A stretch of DNA of 44,556 bases from Fonticula alba ATCC 38817 (lineage: Eukaryota; Protista; Nucleariida): the NCBI GenBank assembly GCA_000388065.2, contig KB932205.1. One strand, given 5' to 3'. Positions 22,457-34,935 of the stretch are shown here, one piece after another. The notes below the pieces were generated by a model that saw only the letters and a list, made by a program, of their open reading frames with translations, did no database searches and was not told the DNA's origin. Position 1 is the first letter of the stretch, and the number at the start of each line of letters is the position of its first letter. The position numbers and the translations under genes were made by a program.

Positions 22457-25400
22457 ATGACGGACAGCCTGCCCGCAACGCGGATTGTTGTCTCGACCAC
22501 GGGGTTCTCGCGGGCTGAGCGTGAGCTGCTCACACGGCGCCTGCAGCGCCTTGGGATTGGCGTCACTCCGCACTTCAACCCCCTGGAGGCGGGGTTCCTG
22601 ATCGCCGCCGGCCCGGGCCCCGGCGATCCGGATGGCGGGTATTCGCAATCCCAGCGCCCGGGGCCGGCCGGCGCCGACGGCCCAGGCGCGGCCCCTGCCC
22701 CCGGGCCTCCGCTCAAGCTCCTGACCGCGCACCGGTGGAACATCCCGATCGTCACCATTCAGTACGCTGCCGATGGCCATGCTTTCCTCCCTCCCTCCCT
22801 CTCTCCCCCCCCCCCCCCCCCCCCTCCCCTCCGCCTGTCCCACTTGTGCCGGACTCCCCTCCCCCTCTTCTGACGCTTTGACCCTGGGATTGCTCGTGGA
22901 ATCGCCCATCTGGTCAGCCGTCCAAATGGCCGGAAAAGAAGGGGGTCCTTAGGTCCTGCCTGGTGTTGGGGCCTTCCCCCTGCCATGTGCCCGTTTGCTT
23001 GCCTTCCGTGCGAACTTGTACCCCCTCCGCCTCATGGCGCCCAGGCGGCATCTCAAGCGAGCGCCTTTCCGCTGACCTCCAAGCAGAGTGTGAACTCGAT
23101 GCTGACCCAGCAGCGCGAGAGCGCCCTGGACCTGCCTAGCCCTCCCCGCGGTCGCCGGCCTGTGGGCGCCCCTCCCCGGCTCCATTTCATCTCTCGGGGC
23201 CCCTCGGTGTCCCGCTCGCTGACCCGCGCCCTGCCCGCCCCCCCCCCCCCCCCCCCCCCCCCCGGCCCTCCCTGCCGGGTCTTGCTGTCGGTTGGATTCT
23301 GACCCGCTCGGCCTGCTGCGTGGCCCAGGTGGGTTGACCACCTGGAAAAGACCATGGCCCTGGAGTGCAAGTCCCACAATGTCACCCCGCCGCTGTTCGG
23401 GCCGGAGGCCACGACCGCCGACCAGATGGCCTTCCCCCTGGCGGCCGGGCTTTCGACCCCGCCGCCGGAGCTGCTGCGCCTGCAGCGTGTGCGCCAGGCA
23501 GTGGCCCCCCGCCTGGCGGATATGGCCGTGGCCTCGGCCCGGCGCTTTTTGGCGCCGGCTCCCCTGCCACCGCCGGGGGCCGGGGCCATCGATTGGCGCA
23601 GCTCCATCGGCCTGGTGTCTTTCGTCGCCGGGGAGGCGGCCCCCGGCCAGGGCACCGGCGCCGTGGATGCCGGCGCGATCCCCGGGCTCGGGGCCGACAA
23701 GGTCGCGCGGCTTGCCCGCTTCCGCCACTCGGTGGAGCGGCACATCCGGGCCTTGGGCAGGGCCCTCCACGGGCCGGGGGCCCCGGCCGCCGGGGGGCTG
23801 GTCCAGGCGCCGGCTCTCTGCTCGGTGGACTCGACAATCCGGCTGCTGGCCCAGCTGGACCGGGGGACCCTGGCCTCGGCGGCCGCCACCCTGGCCCGGC
23901 TCCGGGGGCACCTTTTCGAGGAGTATGCCCGGCGCATGGACGAGGTGAACCTCGGCCAGGCGGTGCTCTGCCCGGCGTACCTGGTGGTCCTGCACCGGCT
24001 GGACAGCCGCGACGCGGCCGGCGGCAGTCAAGCCCCCGGCAGCCCCGGCGGCCCGGGCAGCGAGGACCTTGGCCGCCTGCGCCTGCGCCGCCTGTGGGAA
24101 GCCTTCCCATATGCGCGGCTGGTGAGCCGCAAGTGGGCCATCGAGCTGTGCGGCCTGCCTGTCGGGGACTTTGCCATGCGCTTCCCGGCGGCGGTTTTCC
24201 GCGCCCTGCCGCAGCAGCTGCCCATGTCGCTGCTGGTGGATGACAGCCAGCACATGCTGCGTGTTCCCCAGCCCGGCCGGGGGCCGGACCACCAGTCGTC
24301 CTCCGGCCGGACACCCGGATCGCGCCGGGCCCGGGCCCAGCCCGTGCCCCCCTCGGTGCCAGGCTTGTCCAACTCGGCCGGCTCGCCGGTGGCCATGCCA
24401 CCGGCCATGACGGCGGGGGGCCTGCCATCGGCCGGGCCGCGCGTCGCCGCCCCGGCCCCGGCCCCGGCCCCGGCCCCGGCCCCGGCCCCCGCCGCCGCCG
24501 TGGCATCCGGACCGGGGCCGGATGCCCCGGCGGCCGGCTCCCCGGCGGCCGACATGGCGGATCTCCCACGCCCGGAGGCCATTGCCCCGGCGGATTGTGC
24601 CTTTCTCTCGGGCGACCCCGGGTCATGGGTGCTCGGGATGCTGGAGGGCGCGCGGGTGCTCCTGTCGGAGGGCTTTTCCTCGGCCGAGCGTAATCTCCTG
24701 GTGCAGGGGCTGAATGCCTCGTCGGCGGTTCGCTGCCAGGCCCCGGGCCAACGCCCGACGCACATCCTCGTGCCGGAGGCCCGGCTGCCCGGGGCCGCGA
24801 CCGCCGACGGCGGGCTCTCCTCGGGTGCGGCCGGTGCCGGGCCCTTTGGCCGGTCGGTGGTTCGCCTGTCCGACGCGGCGGTCGGGCATCTGCTGCTGGG
24901 CCCGACCGATGTGGAGACCCTGGCCAGTGCGCGCGAGGCGGCCGGTCTGCCGGCCGTCGGGCCGGAGGCCGGGGAGCTCTTCGACGACCTGTATGACGCC
25001 TTCCCCCATGGGCAGTCGGTGCTGACCGGGTCGATGATGCTCTCCTCCGGGGCGTCCTTCGGGTCGTTGGAGGAGCTCGCGGCTTTGGGGGCCGGTGCCG
25101 GGGGTCGGGGATCCTTGGGCCCCGGGCGCGCGGCCGGCGCAACGGACGGCCCGGTGTGCGTGGCCCCCGGCTGGCTGGTGTGTGTCCTGCAGGGGGGCGA
25201 CCCGGATCCCGGGGACTGGAATGACGCCTCCGGCCGGCACATTCGTCGGTATGGGCATGCCGGGGCCGTGCCGCCGGCCGCTCGGGCCGCGGCCGAGGCC
25301 GCACGACGCGAGCGCGCCGATGCCGAGGTCCAGGCGGCCGCCGCCGCCGTGAATGCCACCGCATCGTCTCTCATGCTGATGGCCGACGAGGGCCCGGCAA

Positions 25401-28387
25401 CCCCGGGCGGCGGCGGTCCAGCCGGGCGCCTGCGCGTCCGAGCGGCGGGGTCTTCGTTGCGGGCGCGGCGTCTTCCGGCCGGGGCCCGCGGCGTGCCGAC
25501 TACCCCGACGGGCGGCGCCGGGCCGGCATCCCTGCTGGCCCCCACCTTCGACCTGGGTGCCGGGGATTTGGGGCTCCTCTCGCGGTCGCTGCTGTCGCCC
25601 ACGCCGGGGCCCGGCGATCTGGACATGCCGCCGGTGCCCCGGGGCGTGGGCATGTCCCTGGGCGACCAGCCGGCGGGGGGGCCCCTGCGTGGCGTGGGCC
25701 TGGTTTTGGGCCCGCGCTTGCGCCCGGCGGCCGATGTGCTGCGCGAGCTGGCCACCGACCTCGGGGCCACGATCCTCCCCTCGGCCACCGCGGCCCAGGC
25801 CACGCACTACCTGCACTTTGACCTGTCGGTCTTCAAGGGGCCCGTGCGGCCGGAGGATGTGGCACACCGGTCGGCCCTCTTTGGGCTGGTGCTGCGGGCG
25901 GCGGCCAGCGCCGCGGCGCCCGGCCCGCAGCGTGCCAGCACCGTCGCCGGGGCCAGCCCCGGCCTCACGGAGGTCGATCTGCGCCGGGCCTGGCGCGATC
26001 AGGAGGCCTTGGCCGAGGCCCGGCGCCGGCGCCTGACCCTGGTCCACCCCTGCTGGCTGGAGGCCTGTGAGCAGCGGGGCCGGCGCCTGGCGGACCTCTC
26101 CTTTCCGGCTGGCTTTGATCCGCGGCAGTCGCTGTCGGGCTACGAGCCGGCCGGGGCGCTGTCGGCCGCCGGTTCGGCGGTCTCCTCCCTGCTGCTGACG
26201 CCGACATCCTCCAAGGCGGCCACTTCGCTGTCTTCTCCCTCGGCTGCGCCGTTGCCGGCGCCCTTGACGGCCCTCGGGCACCACGACCATTGGGAGGGGG
26301 GGCTGCTGCCTCCGACGCCACGCCTTGGGCGGTCGCGCTCGGTCGCCGGCGCCGACGAGGACCAGGACGACATTCGCGACTCCACGCAGTACTATGAGGA
26401 GCTTCATCGCGATGACATCATCCTCCGACCGGCCTTCGCTTCGACCCAGGAGCAGACCTTCTTCCAGGCGGCCCTTGGCCGGCCACTGAACCCGGGTCCC
26501 CAGCATTGGGCCGGCCTTTCGAGCGCCGAGCCCCGGGGGTCGGCCTTTCCCCCGGCCACCGACACGGCCGAGGTGGATCGGGCCCTGAATGAGATGCTGG
26601 CCCTGGGGCCGGAGCCTGCGGCCGGCCCGGAGGAGGACACCGCGCCGCTGGCGCTGTCGGCGCTGGTTCGGCGACAGCCGGCGGGCTCGGCCGGGCGCCG
26701 GGCGCCATCGCACCTGGGTGCCAGCAGCGCCGGGGCGTCTCCCCCTGCCGGGGGCGGGTCCTCCGACTCGCTGGCCGGCCTGTTGGACTCGGATTCCGAC
26801 TACTCGACGCACCTGGCGGAGGATGATTTCGATTTCCTCGACCCGATCCCCTCGTCGCAGTTTGCCTTCACCCAGGCGGTGTCGCGATCGGGCCCGGCCA
26901 GCGGCCACCACGGCTCATCCTCCTCCCTGGCTCCGACACCGGCGGCTCGAGGGAATGGCCATGCGGAGCACTCCCCCGGCGGGCATGCGTACCAGTCGCC
27001 GGCGGCCGGGCCGGGCGGAGCCCTGCAACAGGTGTCCTACGACGACACCATGGCCAAGCTCCGTGCTCGTTCTCTCATCAAAGACCTGTATGTCGTGCTG
27101 GTGTCGGCTTTGTGCCGACTGCTCTCCCTCCCAGTCGCTTTCTTTCTTCTTTCCTTTTCCCTCTCCCTCTCTTTCTCTCTCCTGTCTGACACCTGACCTT
27201 CACCGGTGCAGGCCGCGGTACTTTTACTGTAGCTCCTCCCTTAGCAGCGCTGCCAAAGGCGATCTCCGCAAAAGTGCGCATCTTTTCTCCTTCTCTCTTT
27301 TCTCTCTTTTCTCTCTCTTCTCTCTCTTTTCTCTCTTTTCTCTCTCTTCTCTCTCTTTTCTCTCTCCTCTCTCTTCTCTCTCTTTTCTCTCTCTCCTCTC
27401 TCTTCTCTCTTTTCTCTCTCTTCNNNNNNNNNNTTCTCTCTTTTCTCTCTCTTCTCTCTCTTTTCTCTCTCCTCTCTCTTCTCTCTCTTTTCTCTCTCTC
27501 CTCTCTCTTCTCTCTTTTCTCTCTCTTCTCTCTCTTTTCTCTCTTCTCTCTCCCCTCTCTCCCCTCTCTCCCTCCCACTCGCTCCATACACGCCGCCTCT
27601 GCTGACCCATCCGCTGGCCACACAGTGATCCAGCAACTTGGCGGAAACGACGCCATCGAGCCGATCGGCGCGCGTCGCGACCCAAGAGCCTCCCTCTCCG
27701 ACAGCCCCTTTGGCCGATGCACACATATGATTGTCAACAGCTTCGTGGCCAGCGAGCGCTTCCTGCGCGCCATCGCCGGGGGGAGCTGGTTCCTCCCGCC
27801 AGCCTATGTGGCTGATAGCTTCGCGTCGAATGTCTTTTTGGAGGAGTCGGCATACGACCTGGCCGGCGAGGCCGAGGCCGAGGCCGACACCGGCGATGGT
27901 CCGCAACTGGCCACAGCCGATGACCCCTCGTCGGGGCTCATGGGTCTGCCCAAATTGACTGGCATCACAAATACCGATCGGCTGATTGCCCTGTCCAGCC
28001 GGTATTGGCGTCTGCGCTTGACCGTGGTCCGGCAGGTGTGGCAAACGGTGATCAAGTCGCCTGAGCTGACCGGCAGCGCCGGCTTCCAGGCCTTCCTGCG
28101 GGGCCTGGTGCCGGAGCCCTTCCGTGACCGGACCCCCGTGCATGGGGCCTTCACCACCTGGAGGGTGCACATCTGGCGCAAGCGCACCGTCCCAACATGG
28201 ACACGCGTCGAGGGAGTAGCAAGGCTGCTACAAGCCGGCGGTGCCTTCTCCGTGGCTGTGCTCGACAGTGAGCACATCGCCAAGTTGAATGGCGGCAGCG
28301 CGACTTTGGTCGACTGTGATGGCCAACCTTTGGATGCCGTACGTCTTCTTTGCCAGCTCCCCCTATGTCTTTTCCTCTCCCTTCCTC

Positions 28388-28431
<44 letters not shown>

Positions 28432-29346
28432 TCTCTCTCTCTCTCTCTTTCTCTTTCTCTCTCTCTTTCTCTTTCTCTTTCTCTCTCTTTCTTTCCCTCT
28501 CTTTCTCTCTCTTTCTTTCCCTCTCTTTCTCTCTCTTTCTTTCCCTCTCTCTCTCTCTTTCTCTCCCTTTCTCCTTCTTCTCCCCCCTCCCCCCTCCCCC
28601 CTCCCACTCCTCCTGACTCCATCCCCCATCCGTGCACATGCATGTAGACCCCTCCGACCCATGTGTTCTTGGACTTTGCCCCCTCGCTCGAGGAGTACAC
28701 GTCCCTGCTGAATCACTACCAGCGGCACTTTGCCAACATGGCTGCCAGCTGGCACAGCCTGCTGCTTTTTTTGCACCTTATCGACCGTCTGGTCCGCCGA
28801 TCGCCCAGCCTGGCGCCGGCCGAGTTTTCGCCCTTCCGCCGGCACAGCTCCATGGAGGCCACAATTGCCGAGGAATTCTGCCACGCCGCGCTGGCCGAGC
28901 TCCGGATCATCTTCCATCCATCGGCCGACCGGCCGCCTGGCCTCGATGAGCCGGACGATGCCGGGCGCCTGGCTGGGATTCTGGCCGAGCTGGCGGCCAA
29001 GGGCGGGGAGCTTGGCAGCCCGCTGGCTGCCTTCGCCCCGGTGGCCGACCGCGACCTCCCGGCCCTCTGCCTGACCGACTTGTCATACGTATACCAGTAT
29101 CTGCTGCACCCGGGCGGGCTGCCACCCTCGCGGGCCAACTACCCGGCACTGTCGGCCACGGCCGCCGCCACCACCACCACCACCACCGGTGCCTCTCCTC
29201 CGCCAGCGCCCACGGCCAAACGAGCCACATCGGCCGGCTCCACCGCGTCGGAGCCCAAGACGACCGGGGCCAAGCGCCAACGGACGTCCTCTGCCGCCGG
29301 TCACGCCTCGGCTGGCAGTCGCCGCGGGAGTGGTGCCACCGCTTGA
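22457..29346 (+). CDS. TOPBP1: TopBP1/Rad4/Dpb11-family multi-BRCT checkpoint and replication scaffold, ~1,845 aa; exons 22457-22761, 23329-27087, 27212-27273, 27626-28338, 28648-29346
   Basis: N-terminal BRCT (VVSTTGFS...NIPIVTIQ|WVDHL). BRCT6-like (PLRGVGLVLG...LVHPCWLEAC...FPAGFDPRQSLS). BRCT7-like (CTHMIVNSFVASERFLRAIAGGSWFLPPAY). BRCT8-like (GAFTTWRVHI...RLLQAGGA...THVFLD). Exon sum is 5538 nt (3n). Confidence 0.85.
27284..27575 (+). repeat. Homopyrimidine (CT/TTCTCTCT) tract in TopBP1 intron 3, containing a 10-N gap
   Basis: About 290 nt of almost pure C/T. Confidence 0.9.
28370..28575 (+). repeat. Homopyrimidine (CT/CTTT) tract in TopBP1 intron 4
   Basis: Direct reading. Confidence 0.9.
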
Positions 29347-29482
29347 TAATCTGCTGATGTAGAACCGTCAATATATCGCGTCCCGTGATTTCCCCGTCTC
29401 CCCGTTTGCTCGGCCCTCCCCCGGGTGTGTGTTCCCTTGTCTTTTCTCTTTTTTCGGCCTCTCCCCTTCGGTTGTCTGGGGA

Positions 29483-29485
<3 letters not shown>

Positions 29486-29526
<41 letters not shown>
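29486..29526 (+). repeat. (GT)n microsatellite between TopBP1 and RBM25
   Basis: Direct reading. Confidence 0.95.
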
Positions 29527-29531
<5 letters not shown>

Positions 29532-30024
29532 ATGTGTGGGGGTGATGTCGGGCCTACGCCGGTCCCAGGGGTGTCTGTTAGGATGCTTGTTTGTGTGGGC
29601 ATGCGGCAAAGGCCGGCGGTGGGGCCCGCCTCTGGGCCCCCCGAGATTGAAGGGGTGCTTGCCCGCCAGGCCGGAGGTCAGCTCGTCTTGACCACTCCAC
29701 CCCGTAGCACTCTTGTTCTTCCTCCTTCCCCCCCCCCCCCCCTCCCCCCTGCACCCCTGCACACACGCAGAGATACCTCCTGTTGTCCCGCACTCTGCTC
29801 CTCGCTCCTCCTGTCCTGTAGCATTCTCGCCCTGCCGACCGCGCCGCGCAACCTCTTGCCGCAAAGCAGCCACCCCGCGACCCGATCGGCCCCACCCCCT
29901 CGGAAAGAAACGCCTCCGCCTTCTCCCCCCCCCCCCCTCCCTTGCGCACATATTCTCCTCCGTCACTCTTGCATCCCCGTGAATACGCCCGCACAGACGC
30001 CCCCTGCCCCATAGCGCCTGAAAG

Positions 30025-33000
30025 ATGCAGCCCTTCCCCAACCGGTCACCCCCGCCCATGGGGATGCCCTACGGCGCGTACCCGATGCAGGTGCCCCCCG
30101 GCGGACACATGCCACCTCCGCACATGCCGCCCCCCCACATGCACGGCATGCCCGGCGTCCCGCCGCCGCACAGTGCGTATTCGCTTGCCTTCCCTTGCCG
30201 TGTCTTTTCTTCTTTCTCCTCCCCCCCCCCGTACCTCGCCCTCCGCCCTCTTGGGGGGTTCCTTCTTTTTTTTTCCCCCTCTTCTTCCTCTTCTCGCCCC
30301 TCCCCCCTCTCTCGGTCGCACGCCGCTGAGCCATGCTGACATCACCGGACGCTCTCTGGCATGTGCCACAGTGTATGGCATGGGCGTGCCGCCGCCAATG
30401 CACCCAATGGGCATGATGCACCATCCCCCGCACATGGGGCACCATGTGCCGCACCCGGGGCTGGCTCCGCCGCCGATGGCCGCGGGCCACCTGCCCTCCG
30501 GGCACTCGCGACCGGCGCCTTCGCGCTCTGCCGCGTCCTCCGGGTCACGCGGCGGTGGCCGGGCCGCGCTCGCCCGTGCCGGAGTCATTTCCGGCGGCGA
30601 CATCATTTCCCTCTTCGTCGGGTCAATCTCGCCGAGGCTGGATGACCGATCCCTCGAGGCCATGTTCCGCGTGCGTCCGGCCTTTCCTCTTCTCTTTCTC
30701 CCTTTTTCCGGCCCGCATCTTGCCCCTCTCGGCCCCTCGGCCCCTCGGCCCCCCCCCCCCCTTGGGTTGGCCCCTTTCGCTGACTTGCCTGCCACCATAT
30801 GCACCGGCCCATGTAGACCGTCGGCTCCTTCGTCAAGTGGGAGCGCGTGCGCGGCTTTGGCTATGCCTCGTTCGGGAATCTGGTCGGCGTCAAGCGGGCG
30901 CTGGTCCTGATGAATGGCCTGCTGATCGGCGGCCAGGCACTCAAGGTCACCGCCGACAAGACGGTCACGGCCAAGCTGGTGGCCGAGCGCGAGGATCGTC
31001 TGTCTGGCATGAAACAGGCGCGCGAGAAGGTGGACGCCGCGCGCGAGGCACTCGCCGCCCATCCCCCTGCTTCGGAGGCCGAGATCGAGGAGGAGGTGGC
31101 CGCGGCGGCGGCCCTGAACGCGCCCGCGGCCCCGGCCCCGGCCTCCGCCCCGTCGGAGGGTCAGGACCCCCCGCCTGAGGATGCGGCCGAAGTGCCGGCC
31201 CTCAGCCCGCGCGCGGCCGCTCGTGCGGCCGTCGCCCAGGCCGAGGCCGATCTCCAGGAACTGGAAGAGTGGACCACGCGCGAAACCGAGGCCGAAACCC
31301 GCCAGCGCTGCCACGCCTACACCCTGACCATCAACCTCCTGTCAAACCTGGGGCTGGCCCATCCGGATGCCGAGCAGGCGGTCACCTCCGGGACTTTCCC
31401 GGACTTTGAGCAGATTCTGACCACGCTGCTGGCCCCGGCCGGGAGTTCGACCCCGGCCGCGGGCTCCGGCTCCGGCTCCGGCTCCGGCTCGACAGCAGCC
31501 CCGGCCGCGGCTCCGGTGGCTGACTCGACGCCGGCGACCAAAACAAGCGCCCCTGGGCCCGGCGCCACCGACTCCGCGAATGCCGAGACCACCTCCTCCC
31601 CGGGGGATATTCCCCTGTCGGCGGTCCCCGGCGGGGTGGGCAGCCCCATCGAGGTGACTTCCTCCACGGTGGAGAAGGCGGTGGCCTCCTTCCGTGATCG
31701 GGCGCGCGAGGATGACCGCCGGCGTTTGGAGATGGCCGAGCGCCGGCGCCAGCAGGAGCTGGAATTCCGCCAGAAGGAGCAGGAGAATCTCTTCCGCTCG
31801 GTACGCTTTCCGCCGTTTGTCGCCTGTGGGCCTGTGCTTTGGCGCTCCCATTCTGACTGCCGTCCTTGCCGGGCTCTTCCCTTGCCCTTGCCCGCTCCCC
31901 TCTCGGGATATGTGCCACGCGCTGCAGTCGCAACTCCGCTGGAAGGATCTGGAGGGGGCATACCTGAAGTCCCTGGCCAATGGCCGGAACTTCCTGGCCG
32001 CGCGCCAACGCTTCCAGGAGATTGACGTGCCGGAGATGCTTCGGCTACTGGACGACCCGGCGGCCATCCGTGCGCTGCCCTTTTATACCAACCGGTGCGC
32101 TGGCCCTGTGGTCGCCTCTGTCCCGCTGCCGCTGCTCGCTTTCCCTGCTTCCTTCCCCCGCCCCCCCCCCCTCCGGACTCACCGTTGCTGCCTGCTTTTC
32201 TTTCCTGCCTTTATTCCTGGTCCCTCGGCTCTTGGCGGGGCAGTGAGCGGTACTTCGCCGCACGCGAGCGTGATCGTGCGCGCGAGGAGGCCGCCGACCT
32301 TCGCGATCGGGAAAAGGAGGAGGCCGAGCTTCAGCAGGACCGCCACACCCGGGACCGGCAGGCTGATGCCGGGACCACTGCCGGGCGGCCGGCCTCCGGT
32401 CACCAGTCGCAACAGCTCACGGACGCTGAGATCGAGGTGCGAGCGTGATTCCGCCTTCTGACCTTCCTTCTTTTTTTGCATCGACCTGTCGTTGCCAGGG
32501 CGCGACATTTGTGTCCGGCTTACCACTGGTCCCTGATTGTGATCGCTGACGTGTATGTCCGCCTCCCTGGTGGCCATCCTTCCCTCGCGCTCGCGCGCGC
32601 TCTCTCTCTCTCTCTCTCTCCCTGCATCCTTCTCCTCTCTCCTCCCGCCGCTCCAGCGCCGCGCTCGCGAGGACCTGCGTGCTGCCCTGAACAACCTCCC
32701 GCGGGATCCCCTGTTCGCCGGGGCAGATGGCCAGGCGGCGGCCAACATTGTGCCCACCGCCGCCCCGACGGCTGGTGTCGGTGTGGTTCTGGCCGCGGCG
32801 CCGACCAGCACGGACGCCGGTGCCAAGCGCCCGGCCGCGGCCGCTGTCGAGGACGATGTTGCCCCTGCGGCCAAGCGTCACCAGCCGCCGTCCTCGGCCA
32901 CGGATGTGCTGGCCTCGCTGACGGCCCTGCTGAATGCCGGTCCCCTGTCGGTGGAGGAGTTCCGCACGCGTCTGGAGCAGGTCCTCCCCACTGGGCATGC

Positions 33001-33502
33001 CATTCTCATGCAGCTGCCGGTCGAGTGGCCGCTGGTCACGCCGGAGCTGCTGGATGCGTATGTCCGCCCGTGGGCTGATACCGCGGTCCAGCAGTCCCTC
33101 GGGGCTCGCGACCCGGAGCTTGTCTCCTACTTGGTGGATATGCTCGGGTCGTCGCCCTCTGCAAAGTGCGTACCTCTCCATCCGCTTTTGGTGGCATGAT
33201 CGCGCGCGCGCGCGCGCGCGTGCGTGTGTATGTATGTCCATGCATTCTGACCACTTTTTCGCCTTTCACCTTTCCTGTGCGCCGACCGGGGTCTTGTTGG
33301 CTTTCTCCTCCTCTTCCTCCTCCTCCTCCTCCTCTTCTTCTTCTTCTTCTCTCCTTCCCTCCCTCTCCTGTGTGTTCAATTGCACAGCAACCTGCACGAG
33401 CAGTTGGCGCCACTGTTCGACGTGGCCACCGACAGCTTCTTTGCGGGCATCTGGCGGAATCTGCTCATTGGCACATGGACCGCAAAGCGGGCACTCCGCT
33501 AA
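30025..33502 (+). CDS. RBM25: RBM25/Snu71-like U1-associated splicing factor (Pro/Met-rich N-terminus, RRM, RE-rich coil, PWI), 804 aa; exons 30025-30172, 30372-30670, 30817-31800, 31928-32094, 32244-32436, 32657-33165, 33388-33502
   Basis: RRM SLFVGSISPRLDD...VGSFVKWERVRGFGYASF. Charged RERDRAREE stretch. PWI-like LPVEWPLVTPELLDAYVRPW...FFAGIWRNLLI. Six GT-AG introns keep frame. Exon sum is 2415 nt. Confidence 0.85.
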
Positions 33503-33886
33503 TGTGTAGGCGTGGCCAATTCCCTGCCCCGATGGCACTTGCCCCCTCTTCTTTTCTTTTTTTTTCTCAGGACTGAAAATGTGCCGCTCGTGCTTGCGAC
33601 AGCAGCTTCCCCTGCCCTCATTCCATGACCAACACCATTGCCTTCCGCCATGCACACGCCGATGAACAGGAACAGAATATAGACCTTGTGGTACTGTGTG
33701 TCCTCCTTTCGGAAAGGGGCGGGGAGGGCGGGGACAAAAGAGGCCTGTGGGGCAGAGAGGGGGAGGGGTGGCCTAACAACCGCGAAAGCAACAGAGAAAC
33801 AGTGAATTTCCATCGAAAGGGGAGTAAAACCCGACGGTCAAAGAAAAAAAAAAGCAACGACAGGGGAAGAGGCCCATGGGCTTCGC

Positions 33887-34867
33887 TTATCCCCCGGGCT
33901 TGGGAGCCGGGGATGTGGCGAGGGTGGGCCCAGTGCCGGCCGAAGAGCCGGGCCCGCCGAAAACGCCAGCAATCTGGGTATCAGCAATCAGCCGGCTGGA
34001 GGTGCGAATAGCGGCCAGTGTGGCGGAGGCCTTGCCAGCAGCGCGTCTCAGGTGACGGCCCCCCTGGTGATTGGCGCGCACAAGACCAGCCAGGCGGCGC
34101 TCGAAGGAGGCCGGCCCGGCGTCGGCCGGCCCGGCAGAGGTGGCCAAGTCGGCCGAGCTGGCCGGGCTGGCCGGTGTCCCTGAGCCATCGGACCGCTCGG
34201 GGCCGCCGGTCCCCGTGGCTGATGGCGCCGGGTGTCGGTCCTCCAGCTGGGGAAACTCGTCCAACAGCGAATCAAAGTACCGGCAAAACTGCGCAATATC
34301 GGTGGCATAGCCATGGAGGCGCGCGCGCGTGTCCAGCAGGTGCGGCGCCGACAGGTCACCCGGGATCGGCCGAGCCCCGGTGCTCGGGCCAGTGCGGGCG
34401 TTCCCCGACGGTGCGCGGCCCGGGGGCGGCGGCAGCGCGGCAATCTCACTGACGGCCACGGCAAAGGCATGGGCCAGCTGGCAGGGCGAGGCAGGGACAA
34501 GGGAAGGCAGGGAGTCAGAAAGTCACCCGGAGAGGAGGACAGGCCGGCGAAGGGACCACGACGGATGCCAAATGTGCAGGAGGCGCACATCTTGCAAAAC
34601 CAGCTGCGCGGCGGTGATCTTGTCGATGCTATCTTGCGCCTGGGGCATCAGAGCATCTGGCGAGGCGGCATCGGCCTTGGTCTCGGCCGTGACCCCGGGC
34701 TCGGCTTCGGGATGGGATTCACCGGCGACCGGGGGAGCCAGACTCGCAGGGCTGTCGCCACGCGGCGACGCGGGCCCGGTGCCGACGGCGGCCACCCCCG
34801 GCGTGAGGGGCGCCGATCCTCCGGGGGTCGCTTCGACTGGCCGGGCAATGCCCATCGTTGCGGGCAT
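33887..34867 (-). CDS. MED21: Mediator subunit Med21/Srb7-like, ~289 aa with Ala/Pro-rich extension and inserts; exons 34867-34589 and 34477-33887
   Basis: The spliced product reads DKITAAQLVLQD|LAHAFAVAVSEIA...YATDIAQFCRYFDSLLDEFP...LAAIRTSSRLIADTQI, matching the three Med21 helices. Intron GTGCGC...CTGAC...CCAG is phase 0. The start is close to an N gap. Confidence 0.65.
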
Positions 34868-34935
34868 TAGGGCGGGGCGGGGCGGGGGGGGTGCGGAGAG
34901 CGTGCGCAGCAGGAGTGCGCACAAGGGGAATGGGG

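Noticed and set aside
27330-27530. About 93-nt direct duplication on both sides of the 10-N gap in TopBP1 intron 3
   Set aside because: Identical flanks around a minimal gap are typical of an unmerged contig overlap, not a real duplication.
27078-28700. Minus-strand ORFs with long RE/EK repeats resembling SR-related proteins
   Set aside because: They are translations of the reverse complement of intronic CT microsatellites.
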